Notes: generated by a model not told the origin, from the sequence alone. A DNA stretch of 64,000 bases from an uncultured Bacteroidales bacterium (GCA_937982115.1 CALJNE010000002.1:3612-67611), one strand, 5' to 3'; positions 17,532 to 28,018 are shown, counted from the stretch's first letter. A program made the numbers and translations.

Positions 17532-18887
17532 TTATTTAACTTGAGCGGTTTTTAAAACTTTTGTTAGATTAAGAAGCATAAATAAAGTAATCACCGCTGC
17601 CAGAAAATCAGCAGTAGGAAAAGATATCCATATACCAATCTCACCGAAATAAAGGGGTAAAAACAAAACAAACGGTATAAGAAATAGAACCTGTCTGGCT
17701 AAAGCCAAAAAGAGTGAAGATATTGCCTTACCAAGAGACTGAAATAAGCCAGAAGCAATTATTTGAAAACCAATTACAGGAAAAGCGATGATAAATATTT
17801 TCAACATTTTTCCTCCATACTCAATGACCATACTGTCAGTAGTAAAAATCATTATTAGTTGTTTGGAAAAACTAAAATATATTATAAGAGAAAATATGCA
17901 AAACCATGTTGACCACTTAATCGAAACTTTAATAGATTCAATAACTCTATTGAAGTTTTTAGCTCCGTAATTATATCCGGCAATAGGCATAAAAGCTTGA
18001 TTTAGACCGAATAAAGGCATAAAAATAAGCATGGATAACCTTAGAATTATACCAAAACTAGCAATAGCAACAGTTCCTCCATATCGAATAAGAGCATGAT
18101 TCAGAACAACAGTCATAACAGAAGAAGCAATTTGACGGGCAAAAGAAGAAGCACCGAGAGCAAATGTTTCGGTAATAATACTTTTTTGGGGAATTCTAAA
18201 CAATTGAGCTAAATTTATCTTAAGATAAGATTTATTATTTAATGTAAAATACCAAACACAAGCCAAAGATGCTAAAGTCTGACTGATGCTTGTTGCTATT
18301 GCGGCTCCCATAACTCCCCAGGAAAATCCAAAGATAAATATTGGATCAAGAATAATATTGAATAGAGCGGCAAAGGATTGAACTTTCATAGGAAATTTTG
18401 TATTACCCTCTGCCCTGATTGCATTCATAAGAACATAAAGTATATTCTGAAAAAAAGCACCGGGCAAACACCATAACAAGTAAATTTTTGCCTGCGGTAA
18501 AATTTCTTCATTAGCCCCAAAAAGTTTAAGAAAAAATTCTGGAACAATAGCAATAAACAGAATTAGAAAAAAATTTAAAAAACTTATTGCAGAAAGAATA
18601 TTATGCAAAGCCAATTGAGCTTTAAGTTTTTTTCTGCTTCCCAAAGTGCGAGAAATGATAGAAGCCCCTCCCATGCCAATTGCGTGACCAAAGGTTGTAA
18701 TAGTCATTATTACAGGCAAAGCTAAAGCAACAGCCGCCAAAGCCACTGTCCCTGCACCATGTCCTAAGAAAATAGTATCAGTAATATTGTAAATTGAAAT
18801 TGCCAGCATTCCTAAAATTGAAGGTCCCGACATTGACAATAATAATCGTGGAATTTTTTCGCTACCTAACCTTTCTGTATGCTTCAT
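17532..18887 (-). CDS. MATE family efflux transporter
   Basis: 12 TM segments, 451 aa, typical MATE N-terminus (LLLSMSGPSILGML, NITDTIFLGH). Confidence 0.8.
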   Translation of the reverse strand: MKHTERLGSEKIPRLLLSMSGPSILGMLAISIYNITDTIFLGHGAGTVALAAVALALPVIMTITTFGHAIGMGGASIISRTLGSRKKLKAQLALHNILSAISFLNFFLILFIAIVPEFFLKLFGANEEILPQAKIYLLWCLPGAFFQNILYVLMNAIRAEGNTKFPMKVQSFAALFNIILDPIFIFGFSWGVMGAAIATSISQTLASLACVWYFTLNNKSYLKINLAQLFRIPQKSIITETFALGASSFARQIASSVMTVVLNHALIRYGGTVAIASFGIILRLSMLIFMPLFGLNQAFMPIAGYNYGAKNFNRVIESIKVSIKWSTWFCIFSLIIYFSFSKQLIMIFTTDSMVIEYGGKMLKIFIIAFPVIGFQIIASGLFQSLGKAISSLFLALARQVLFLIPFVLFLPLYFGEIGIWISFPTADFLAAVITLFMLLNLTKVLKTAQVK

Positions 18888-18892
18888 CCCAG

Positions 18893-20425
18893 TTAATTAT
18901 GCTTGTAAAGTTTTAATTCCGTGAAATCAAAATCCGGATTGGGAATGTCAATTCTCATTTCCGTTACATTTCCATATTTATCAAAAAGAAATTGAACAGA
19001 TCCTGCAGGTAGAGACGGAGCCTGATCAAATTTTACACTAAAAACATCATAATGCCAATGTTTTAAATAGCCTTGATATATGGGAGTATGCGTCATTTCG
19101 AGATACAATTTTTTATCTTTCAAACTAACTTTAACATCACCATAAACATCACTTTTGTAAACCCCGCAATAAGCTTCAGGCTTAAATGAAGGTTGTGTAT
19201 TTTTTACTCGTGCAGCTTCCCATTTTTCTTTTTCTTCTTTATCATTATTATCAACCCATTGTTTTACTTTCAAAAAATAATCCGACCAAAATAAATCAAG
19301 GCGATTATCAATCAAATAATCAAGAAGTGTAAGCATTATAACATTATAAGTATAAGCCATATTATTTGTAAGAATAACAAAACCCAGATTCTTTTCCGGA
19401 ATAAATACAGTTTGAGAAATCATGCCATCATAACCGCCATTGTGAGTAACAATCAGAAAGGATTTATAATCATATAAAGTCCAACCTAAACCATAAGCTT
19501 TAAAATGCGTTGATGGATTTATAGATTTTGAAAACGGACTAATATCAATAATTGTATGTGGTTTTGTTAGTTCATTATATTGTTTCTCCGAGAAAATCTG
19601 TTTACCTTTGAATTTACCTTTGTTTATGTTCAGAATAAGCCATTTAGCAACATCATTTACATTACTGTTTATGCTGCCTGCCGGACCAATATTATCCCAA
19701 TTAACATAAGGAATTACTATATTTTTGTCATCAACAAAAGTATGACATGAAGCCACGTTATCAAGTTGATTGTTTACAGTTATACTTGTATTTGTTCTAT
19801 TCATTTCAAGTGGTTCAAAAATTCTATGTTTAATAAAATCATCCCAGGTTGTGTCTGTAACATATTCAACAATAAGTCCTGCAGCAATGTACATAATATT
19901 TGAATATCCAAATTTTTCTCTGAATCCATACTCAGGTTTTAAATAGGCAGCTCTTCGTACTACTTCTTCACGGGAATGATCACTTGCATACCAAATTAAA
20001 TCGCCCGAAAAAGTTTTTAATCCGGTTCGATGGCATAATAAATCCCTAACGGTCATTTGTTCTGTTACAAAAGGATTATAAAGCTTAAACCATGGAATGT
20101 ATTTTGTTACTTTATCATCCAAGGAAATTCTGTTTTCATCAACTAAAATTGCCAGTGCAGTTGCAGTAAAAGCTTTTGTATTTGATGCTATGGCAAAGTT
20201 GGTATTCTCGTTAACTTTTCTGCGTTTACCTTCTTCAAGGTAACCAAACCCTTTGGCATACAGAATTTTTTGATTATCAACAATTGCAATTGCCATTCCC
20301 GGAGTGTTATAAGTTTGTCGGATTTTTTCCAGAACATCATCTAATTTTGTTTCATCAATTTTTGTCTGAGAAAAAAGAATTGAAAATAAAAAACAAAGCA
20401 GTGTTAAGATTAAAAACCTTTTCAT
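18893..20425 (-). CDS. Serine hydrolase, beta-lactamase/PBP-like family
   Basis: Signal peptide, S-x-x-K motif (ASNTKAF), YSN motif (GYSNIMY), extra C-terminal beta domain. Confidence 0.75.
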   Translation of the reverse strand: MKRFLILTLLCFLFSILFSQTKIDETKLDDVLEKIRQTYNTPGMAIAIVDNQKILYAKGFGYLEEGKRRKVNENTNFAIASNTKAFTATALAILVDENRISLDDKVTKYIPWFKLYNPFVTEQMTVRDLLCHRTGLKTFSGDLIWYASDHSREEVVRRAAYLKPEYGFREKFGYSNIMYIAAGLIVEYVTDTTWDDFIKHRIFEPLEMNRTNTSITVNNQLDNVASCHTFVDDKNIVIPYVNWDNIGPAGSINSNVNDVAKWLILNINKGKFKGKQIFSEKQYNELTKPHTIIDISPFSKSINPSTHFKAYGLGWTLYDYKSFLIVTHNGGYDGMISQTVFIPEKNLGFVILTNNMAYTYNVIMLTLLDYLIDNRLDLFWSDYFLKVKQWVDNNDKEEKEKWEAARVKNTQPSFKPEAYCGVYKSDVYGDVKVSLKDKKLYLEMTHTPIYQGYLKHWHYDVFSVKFDQAPSLPAGSVQFLFDKYGNVTEMRIDIPNPDFDFTELKLYKHN

Positions 20426-20461
20426 ACAAGTTTTAAATTTTGAATTATTAAACTAAAAATC

Positions 20462-22411
20462 TTAGGGTTTGTTTGATATTACCTTAAACTCTGTTCGACG
20501 ATTAAGAGCTCTGCCTTCTTCTGTATCGTTAGTTGCAATAGGCACAGAATAATCATAACCTTTGTAGCTCAGGCGTTTTTTATCAATTCCCTTAGAAACT
20601 AAATAATCATAAACCGACTTAGCTCGATTTTCGGATAAGGTTTTATTATAAGCTTTTGATCCTCTATTATCAGTATGACCGCCGATTTCTATAACTAAAC
20701 CTGGATTGTTATTAAGATATTCCAAAACTTTATTTAACTCTGCATAAGATTCAGGAAGTAGCTCGTAAGAGTCAAAATCAAAAAAAATATTTTTTAAGAC
20801 AACAGTAACCCCTTCTCTTAAAGGTTGCAAAGGTATATTCATGATATAAGGTTTATCAGGAGTTTCGAGGTTGCTAAGCGAAAAGTTTTCTGAATAAAAC
20901 AAGTAGCCTTTTTTATCAACATTGAAAGCATAATCCTTGTCCACAGGCAAAGAAACCATATATTCTCCGGTTTTTGCATCGGATAAAACCGTAGCAACAA
21001 GATTTTCGGTTTTTAGGTCAATAAGTTCGCAAACAGCTTCGAGTCTTTGATTGGTAACTACATCATAAACATATCCTGAAACATAAGTAGTGGCAATTGG
21101 CTTAATTTCTTCAGGAATTTTAAAGAAATAAATATCTAGATCGTTTTTACCCTGAGTTGAAGCAAATAGTGCAACATCACCTCTTGCATTAACAATGAGG
21201 CTTCTTTCTTCTCCGTTGGTATTGATAGGATATCCGAGATTTACGGGCTTAGACCATTTACCGGTTTTTTCGTCGCGTCTGGAATAAAACAGGTCGAAAT
21301 CTCCCATTCCGGGATGACCTTGAGAAGCAAAATACAAAGTTCGCCCATCGGGATGAATAAACGGAGAAATTTCTTCATATTCAGTGTTTATTGGCTCACC
21401 TAAATTAAACACCGGCGAAACAGCATTCCCCTGATTGTCAATTTCTACTACCCAAATATCTGTTTTTCCTTTACCGCCAGGTCTTCCAGATGCAAAATAC
21501 AAAAATCTTCCGTCGGCTGTCAAACTGGGATTGCTGTCCCAATGTGGAGAATTTACTGTTTTCATATTCTTTGGAGCTGTCCACTTACCATCAACTAAAA
21601 ACATTATGTATAAATCACAAGAACCAAGTCCATCGGGACGATTGCAAGCTGTAAAAACTATTGTTTTCCCATCACCCGAAATACACTGAGCTCCTTCGTT
21701 TAGTTTTGTATTTATATTTCCCGGTAAAGGTATTGCTGTTCCAAACATTTTTAGTTCCGGATCATAATACGAAACAAACAAATCTTCGTGCATGTTGGAT
21801 TGAGTCCTTGATGAATTATTCTGATTTAAAGGAATTTGACGAGTAAAAACCAGCACACGCTCATCAATTGATAGCGAAGGCCAGTACTCATCGAAGTGAG
21901 TATTAACTCCAGGTCCGAGGTTTATTGGAGTGAAAGGAACTGGATTGTTATATGCACTGTCGGCAAAGTAAATATATTTCTTTAGACGTTGAAAATCATA
22001 TTTTAGATATTTTACAGTATCTGCATTTTTATAGAAAAAATCTATGAATTGTTTTGCATTGGAGTATTCTCCTGCCCTATATGCAAGTACAGCAAGTTTG
22101 TAGCTTAATCCTGTATCATAAAACGGGTCTATTTCAAATACTTTTTTATAAGCAAGATAAGACTCCCATACATCTCCGAGAAAATCATGAATCTCGGCTT
22201 TGAGTAACCAGGCTTCAAGAAATCCGGGATCAATCTCAACTGCTTTATTTATTTCCATTACTGCAGCATTATTTTGATGTCGTTCCATCAAAGCTACAGA
22301 TTTATTAAAACTTTTAATGGACTTCTTGTTAGTCGTATATTTCGATTTTTCTTGAGAAAAAAGAATTATACAAGGCAAAAGTAATATATATATCAAAAAT
22401 ATTTTTTTCAT
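20462..22411 (-). CDS. OmpA-family protein with TPR and TolB-like (PD40) repeats
   Basis: Signal peptide, TPR-like N-terminus, repeated PD40-type segments (E..PS.S.DG..L.F), C-terminal OmpA domain (GHTDNRGS...NRRTEFKV). Confidence 0.8.
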   Translation of the reverse strand: MKKIFLIYILLLPCIILFSQEKSKYTTNKKSIKSFNKSVALMERHQNNAAVMEINKAVEIDPGFLEAWLLKAEIHDFLGDVWESYLAYKKVFEIDPFYDTGLSYKLAVLAYRAGEYSNAKQFIDFFYKNADTVKYLKYDFQRLKKYIYFADSAYNNPVPFTPINLGPGVNTHFDEYWPSLSIDERVLVFTRQIPLNQNNSSRTQSNMHEDLFVSYYDPELKMFGTAIPLPGNINTKLNEGAQCISGDGKTIVFTACNRPDGLGSCDLYIMFLVDGKWTAPKNMKTVNSPHWDSNPSLTADGRFLYFASGRPGGKGKTDIWVVEIDNQGNAVSPVFNLGEPINTEYEEISPFIHPDGRTLYFASQGHPGMGDFDLFYSRRDEKTGKWSKPVNLGYPINTNGEERSLIVNARGDVALFASTQGKNDLDIYFFKIPEEIKPIATTYVSGYVYDVVTNQRLEAVCELIDLKTENLVATVLSDAKTGEYMVSLPVDKDYAFNVDKKGYLFYSENFSLSNLETPDKPYIMNIPLQPLREGVTVVLKNIFFDFDSYELLPESYAELNKVLEYLNNNPGLVIEIGGHTDNRGSKAYNKTLSENRAKSVYDYLVSKGIDKKRLSYKGYDYSVPIATNDTEEGRALNRRTEFKVISNKP

Positions 22412-22575
22412 TTGTGCTGAATTTTTATTTTGTTAATTTTCATCATTCACTATTTTTTAAAGAATATTCAATTTATTCACACCAAATTCATTTTTAACTT
22501 ATATCTTTTAAGTTTCAATTCTTTAGAAGCCACTTAATAAAAAAACGCTAAAAAAACCGATTTTATTACTATTCA

Positions 22576-23187
22576 TTACGGTATGTTTAGATATTTATGC
22601 ACCTGAACCGAAACTTTCCATTTAGGATTATTTTTAACATAGTTCACAACCATTTCTGAGGTTTGTTTTATTCTACTCCATTCGGGCTGCAAAAATAATT
22701 CCGAAGACTTTTTTGATTTATTTGCACAGGTTTCAGCCCAGATAAAATCATCTTCTTCAAAAATCACAACTTTAACCTCGTTAGCTATCTGAAAATAAAT
22801 ATCGAGAGGGGGTTTCTGTTTTTTTGGAGAAAGGCAAACCCAATCCCATAAACCACTGAATTGGTATGCTCCACAGGTCTCGAGCATCAACTTGTAACCA
22901 AGTTTTTTTGCTTTATGACAAAACTCGTCAAAATTATATGTTAAAGGTTCCCCTCCTGTTACAACTATTGTATCGGCTGCGGTAGTCTGAACTCTGTGGA
23001 GAATTTCTTCTATTTTAATGTATTGATGTTCTTCGGGGAACCACGACTCTTTTGAATCGCACCAATGGCATGCCAGATCACAACCACCAACCCTTATGAA
23101 ATATGCTGCTTTCCCGGTATTATGCCCCTCTCCCTGTATTGAATAAAATTCTTCCAATATTGGAATAAATCCTTGTATATCTGTCAT
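22576..23187 (-). CDS. queE: 7-carboxy-7-deazaguanine synthase (radical SAM)
   Basis: EEFYSIQGEG...RVGGCDLACHWCDS and VVTGGEPL motifs. Confidence 0.85.
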   Translation of the reverse strand: MTDIQGFIPILEEFYSIQGEGHNTGKAAYFIRVGGCDLACHWCDSKESWFPEEHQYIKIEEILHRVQTTAADTIVVTGGEPLTYNFDEFCHKAKKLGYKLMLETCGAYQFSGLWDWVCLSPKKQKPPLDIYFQIANEVKVVIFEEDDFIWAETCANKSKKSSELFLQPEWSRIKQTSEMVVNYVKNNPKWKVSVQVHKYLNIP

Positions 23188-23197
23188 TTAACCAATG

Positions 23198-24424
23198 TTA
23201 TTTAATTATTTTATCTAAAACTCCTTTTGCCACATCATAATGAATCATAATGGTCATCATTTTTAATTTGATATAGTCTTCGTGAAAGAAGCGATAACCT
23301 TTGTGTTTTCCGTCAAAAGCTCCGCTTCCGGAATCCTTAATCAGGTACCAATATGCATCGCCGACTTTATAATATCCAACAATATGAATACAATGATCAT
23401 TTGTAGTAGAACCGTTATATAGTCTTAACTCTCGAGAATCTGCATTAATATAAGCTGCCGGAATATCAAAATCAGGAACAATTGCAACTTCCTCAATCTG
23501 ACAATAACCCGGCTCGGAGACATCTCCGCAAAGACTTACTGTGTATCCTGATGTTACGGCACTACGTATTAAAAATATAAAATCTTCAAGTGATACATTA
23601 TAGTATTCCTTACATTTCCACCAATTATCAGGTTCTTCGAGTTCATGTTTTTCATTATAGTTATATCGTTTTGTTGACATAAAAGAATAATATCGTCCGG
23701 GATTTAGTTTCAGAAATTCACGCATATAAGTTTGAGGATTATAAACTACATTATTGATTTTGAGCACTGTTGGTGGTTCGCCTAAATATTTGTTTAGAAT
23801 ATTTTTAATATTAGTCAAGACTTCTTCTTTATTCCAATTATCGGCAGTTTTTACAGATTTCAGATATGTTTCATATTCCTCAAAAAGTTTATCGTGATCG
23901 TTAAATTTTTTACCTTCTTGAAGCCCTGTATATAGTTCATAAGGGACTAAACCGTATTTATTCATAATCCTTTGAATAGCATTTGCCTCGGACCCTTGAC
24001 CAAGCGGAGTTTCACCTTTAGTATCAATAAAATTTTCTGCACGGTCGTAGTAATCCCAATAAACCAAATACATTTCCGAGAGTTTAACTTTTTTGTTTGT
24101 TAATCTGTAAATTTCTGATTCCATAAACGAAACTGCAGAATAGGCCCAACAAGTTCCACTATTCCCTTGCGAAACAGGAATACTGTGATAAATAGTTTTA
24201 TAAAGAGAAATATCAGCCGGATATTTTTTCTCGGAGAAATCAACTTTAAATTGCAATGGTGCTTTATAATTTTTAAGATTTGGAGTTTCGCCGCTGATAT
24301 CGGGTAAAATTACCTTATGATAAAAACCCGGTGGATATATTTTATAAATACCAAAATGTTGATTTTGAGCAAGTAGGCATACAGTACTTAAAACAAAAAA
24401 TAAATTAAAAAAAACTTTTCTCAT
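23198..24424 (-). CDS. Secreted C1-family cysteine peptidase (aminopeptidase C / bleomycin-hydrolase-like)
   Basis: QGNSGTCWAYSA catalytic Cys motif and HCIHIVGY His motif. Start set at the internal ATG giving signal peptide MRKVFFNLFFVLSTVCLLA. Confidence 0.7.
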   Translation of the reverse strand: MRKVFFNLFFVLSTVCLLAQNQHFGIYKIYPPGFYHKVILPDISGETPNLKNYKAPLQFKVDFSEKKYPADISLYKTIYHSIPVSQGNSGTCWAYSAVSFMESEIYRLTNKKVKLSEMYLVYWDYYDRAENFIDTKGETPLGQGSEANAIQRIMNKYGLVPYELYTGLQEGKKFNDHDKLFEEYETYLKSVKTADNWNKEEVLTNIKNILNKYLGEPPTVLKINNVVYNPQTYMREFLKLNPGRYYSFMSTKRYNYNEKHELEEPDNWWKCKEYYNVSLEDFIFLIRSAVTSGYTVSLCGDVSEPGYCQIEEVAIVPDFDIPAAYINADSRELRLYNGSTTNDHCIHIVGYYKVGDAYWYLIKDSGSGAFDGKHKGYRFFHEDYIKLKMMTIMIHYDVAKGVLDKIIK

Positions 24425-24646
24425 AACAATTAATTTATTTTCAAAAATATGAAATTTATTGATAAAAGGAAGATTTTTATGGTGTAATAATTTTTTCAAA
24501 GGGAAATCAATTTTATATATGGATTCGATATATCAAAAAGAAAGGTAATAAAGGAAAAACCTCAGAAGGCTACAAAAATATTAAAGTAGTTGAAAAATTA
24601 TCTGGAAAATTTAAAAAGCATTTATGAAACCTTAGAAATAACAAAA

Positions 24647-24736
24647 TTAACTAACTACCCAACTAACTAACTAACTAACTACCCAACTAACTAACTGACT
24701 AAACTAACTAACTAACCAACTAACTGACTTACTAAC
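24647..24736 (-). repeat. (GTTA)n-like array abutting the typA stop codon, inverted copy of the 7992-8066 array
   Basis: + strand reads ttaactaactacccaactaactaactaactaactacccaactaactaactgactaaactaactaactaaccaactaactgacttactaac and ends at 24736. The TAA of typA is 24737-24739. Confidence 0.9.
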
Positions 24737-26539
24737 TTAATTCTTCATTTGTCTTCTTCGGTCAATTTCTTTAAGAAAGATTTTTCTGAGTCTCATATTT
24801 TTGGGAGTAACTTCTACGAGTTCGTCTTCGGCGATGTATTCCATTGCTTCTTCTAGAGAGAATTTAACAGCAGGAGCAATATTTACTTTTTCGTCTGATC
24901 CTGCAGCTCGAATATTTGTCAATTTTTTCGTTTTTGTTACGTTTAATCCAATATCTTCCTGTCGAGTATTTTCGCCGATAATTTGACCTTCGTACACTTC
25001 TTCGCCTGGTTCAATGAAAAATATGCCTCTATCCTGCAATTTATCCAGGGAATATGCAATAGCAGTTCCGGTTTCTATGCTGATTAGAGAGCCGTTGCGT
25101 TTATTTCCGATTTCTCCTTTATAGGGTTGAAATGAATGAAATCTGTGTGCTATAATTGCTTCTCCCTCAGTTAGTGTTAATAATATATTCCTTATGCCTA
25201 TTAATCCGCGAGATGGAATGTAAAATTCCAGGAATGTCCAGTCATTTTTAATTTCGATGTTGAGAAGTTCGCCTTTTCGCGATGTTACTACCTCAATTAC
25301 TTTTCCGGCAGATGTTTCAGGTGTGTGTACGGTAAGATATTCAACAGGTTCGTGCTTTACGCCGTTAATTTCCTTAATAACTACTTTTGGTTGACCAAGT
25401 TGCAGCTCATAACCTTCGCGTCTCATTGTTTCTATCAAAATTGAAAGATGTAAAATGCCTCTGCCATAAACTTTAAATTTATCAGCTGATTCAGTTTCTT
25501 CAACTCTTAGAGCAAGATTTTTTTCTGTTTCTCTAAACAGTCTGTCTCTAAGCTGACGCGAAGTAATGAATTTTCCGTCTCTGCCAAAAAATGGAGAGTC
25601 GTTGGTCATGAAAAACATGCTGATTGTGGGCTCATCAATTTTTATAGCTTCGAGCGGTTCGGGTTCTAGATAATCACAAACAGTGTCGCCAATATCGAAA
25701 CTTTCGAGTCCCATAATAGCACAAATCTCCCCCGCATAAACCGTTTTTTTTGTCTTTTCTTTAGCAAGTCCCTCAAATGTGTATAATTCTTTAACTACGG
25801 ACTTCAATACCGTACCATCGGATTTAACAACAGAAACCTGATCTCCTGCTTGTATTTTACCTCTTGTAACTTTTCCAATAGCAATTCTACCGACATAAGA
25901 TGAATAATCAAGATTAGTTATCCGCATTTGTAAACTTCCAGCTGGATAATTTTTTGGTTTAATAGTATCAAGGATTATATCAAGCAAATATGCTACATCA
26001 GAAGTTTGATTTTCCCAGTGATCACTCATCCAACCTTGTTTTGCAGAACCGAATACTGTGGGAAAGTCCAATTGATCTTCTGTTGCATTAAGCTGGCACA
26101 TTAAGTCGAAAACTTTTTCCTGTGCCAATTCGGGATTACAATTTGGTTTATCAACTTTATTTATGACAACAATAGGTTTCAGCCCAAGTTCCAGAGCTTT
26201 CTGGAGCACAAATCTTGTTTGGGGCATCGGACCTTCAAAAGCATCAACAATCAGCAATACTCCGTCAGCCATATTTAAAACTCGTTCCACCTCACCACCA
26301 AAATCAGCATGTCCGGGTGTGTCTATGATGTTAATTTTAACACCTTTATATCGCACTGAGACATTTTTTGCCAAAATTGTAATTCCTCTTTCACGTTCGA
26401 GTTCATTTGAGTCGAGAATTAACTCACCAACATTTTGATTATCTCTGAAAAGTTTTACCTGGAATAAAATTCGGTCAACAAGAGTTGTTTTACCGTGATC
26501 TACGTGAGCAATTATTGCAATATTTCTTATATCTTCCAT
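24737..26539 (-). CDS. typA: Translational GTPase TypA/BipA
   Basis: IRNIAIIAHVDHGKTTL, DTPGHADFGGEV and NKVD motifs. Start set at the ATG giving MEDIRNIAII. Confidence 0.95.
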   Translation of the reverse strand: MEDIRNIAIIAHVDHGKTTLVDRILFQVKLFRDNQNVGELILDSNELERERGITILAKNVSVRYKGVKINIIDTPGHADFGGEVERVLNMADGVLLIVDAFEGPMPQTRFVLQKALELGLKPIVVINKVDKPNCNPELAQEKVFDLMCQLNATEDQLDFPTVFGSAKQGWMSDHWENQTSDVAYLLDIILDTIKPKNYPAGSLQMRITNLDYSSYVGRIAIGKVTRGKIQAGDQVSVVKSDGTVLKSVVKELYTFEGLAKEKTKKTVYAGEICAIMGLESFDIGDTVCDYLEPEPLEAIKIDEPTISMFFMTNDSPFFGRDGKFITSRQLRDRLFRETEKNLALRVEETESADKFKVYGRGILHLSILIETMRREGYELQLGQPKVVIKEINGVKHEPVEYLTVHTPETSAGKVIEVVTSRKGELLNIEIKNDWTFLEFYIPSRGLIGIRNILLTLTEGEAIIAHRFHSFQPYKGEIGNKRNGSLISIETGTAIAYSLDKLQDRGIFFIEPGEEVYEGQIIGENTRQEDIGLNVTKTKKLTNIRAAGSDEKVNIAPAVKFSLEEAMEYIAEDELVEVTPKNMRLRKIFLKEIDRRRQMKN

Positions 26540-26565
26540 TTTTGTAAAAAAATTAAAAATCAATT

Positions 26566-26592
26566 TAAAAAAAAAGTCTCCAACCGGAGACT
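26566..26592 (-). terminator. Intrinsic terminator after tRNA-Arg
   Basis: Minus strand AGTCTCC-ggtt-GGAGACT followed by T9. Confidence 0.75.
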
Positions 26593-26596
26593 CTTG

Positions 26597-26670
26597 TGAA
26601 CCAGAGAGGAGTCGAACCCCTAACCTTCTGATCCGTAGTCAGATGCTCTATCCAATTGAGCTACTGGTCC
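26597..26670 (-). tRNA. tRNA-Arg (anticodon ACG)
   Basis: The reverse complement GGACCAGTAGCTCAATTGGATAGAGCATCTGACTACGGATCAGAAGGTTAGGGGTTCGACTCCTCTCTGGTTCA folds as a cloverleaf. Anticodon loop is CTACGGA. Confidence 0.95.
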
Positions 26671-26683
26671 ATTTTTCAAGCTG

Positions 26684-26691
26684 CAAAGGTA
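26684..26691 (-). promoter_or_regulatory. -7 box TAccTTTG for tRNA-Arg
   Basis: Minus strand TACCTTTGCAGC ends 13 nt before tRNA position 1. Confidence 0.55.
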
Positions 26692-26722
26692 TAATGTTTA
26701 TTTTAAATATGCAAAAAGTTTT

Positions 26723-28018
26723 TTATATTTTTTTACCTCTCAATGAATATTCGTCTGCTGCCTCTATTTTTACTTGAATAAATTGTCCAGTTTCAAGCTT
26801 TTGAGACGAAGTAAAAATCACTTCATTATCAACTTCCGGCGAATCAAATTCTGTACGTCCGTAAAAAAATTTACCATCAAATTCATCAACTAAAGTTTTA
26901 AAACTTTGCCCAACTTTTTTAAGATTCAGCTCCAGAGATATTTCAGCCTGAATATCCATAATAATTTTGGATCTTTGCTTTTTTACCGAAGCTTTAATTG
27001 TGTCTTTATAATTTTTTGCCGATTTAGTACCTTCTTCTTCTGAATATTCAAATACTCCCAGCCTATCGAATTTAATATTTTTAACAAATTCCAGAAGTTC
27101 ATCAAATTCTCTTTTGCCTTCACCCGGATGTCCTACGAGCAGACTTGTACGAATAGCTGCATCAGGAATTTTATTTCTTATTTTTTCAATAAGTTTGTAT
27201 GTTTCTTCTTTTGTTCCTCCACGGTTCATCATTTGAAGGATTTTGTCGGAAATGTGCTGAACAGGAATGTCAAAATATTTACAAATTTTTGGATTTTCTG
27301 CCGCAATATCAATTACTTTCTCAGGAAATAAAAATGGATACAGATAATGCATTCTTATCCATTCAATACCGTTAATCAGGCTTAACTTTTCGAGAAGTTC
27401 GGGCAGTAGAAATTTCTTTTCTAAATCATAACCATAAAAACTCAAATCCTGAGCTATTAAAAGCAATTCTTTAACTCCACTCTCGCTTAAAACTTTAGCT
27501 TCTTGTAAAATATCATCAATTTTTCGGGAAACATATTTACCTTTAAACAATGGTATTGCACAAAAAGAACAATTTCTATTGCAGCCTTCAGCAATTTTTA
27601 GGTATGAATAATGTCTTGCCGATTCAAAAATACGTCCGTAAATATTATAAGTATTTTTTTTTGGTACATTTAAAGCCATTAATAATTCGTCAGGATTATA
27701 ATTACCGAGAAAAACATCAACCTCAGGGATTTCCTGTTTTAAGTCGTTCATATATCTTTCGCTCAAGCAACCAAACACAATGATTTTTTCAAGTTTTTTA
27801 TTTTCTTTTAAAGCTACTAAATCAAAAATTGTATCAATAGATTGTACTTTGGCATCATTTATGAAACCGCAGGTGTTGACAATAGCAATGTTATAATCAT
27901 TAGTTTCGGAATTATGAAAAACCTTAAATCCATGAATTTCAGCAACATAAGCAAATTTTTCGGAATCCACAGTGTTTTTTGCACATCCCAGAGTTATAAT
28001 GTTAATTATTTTTTGCAT
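26723..28018 (-). CDS. rimO: Ribosomal protein S12 methylthiotransferase
   Basis: N-terminal MTTase domain (ITLGCAKN), radical-SAM CNRNCSFC, C-terminal TRAM domain. Start at the internal ATG (MQKIINIITLGC). Confidence 0.85.
   Translation of the reverse strand: MQKIINIITLGCAKNTVDSEKFAYVAEIHGFKVFHNSETNDYNIAIVNTCGFINDAKVQSIDTIFDLVALKENKKLEKIIVFGCLSERYMNDLKQEIPEVDVFLGNYNPDELLMALNVPKKNTYNIYGRIFESARHYSYLKIAEGCNRNCSFCAIPLFKGKYVSRKIDDILQEAKVLSESGVKELLLIAQDLSFYGYDLEKKFLLPELLEKLSLINGIEWIRMHYLYPFLFPEKVIDIAAENPKICKYFDIPVQHISDKILQMMNRGGTKEETYKLIEKIRNKIPDAAIRTSLLVGHPGEGKREFDELLEFVKNIKFDRLGVFEYSEEEGTKSAKNYKDTIKASVKKQRSKIIMDIQAEISLELNLKKVGQSFKTLVDEFDGKFFYGRTEFDSPEVDNEVIFTSSQKLETGQFIQVKIEAADEYSLRGKKI

Noticed and set aside
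22412-22575. Possible preQ1 or purine riboswitches near queE and purE/hpt (45130-45218)
   Set aside because: 22412-22575 lies downstream of queE, not upstream of it. I could not recognise the conserved preQ1 or purine aptamer cores in that gap, in the 10-bp queE-peptidase gap (23188-23197), or in the 89-bp purE/hpt gap.
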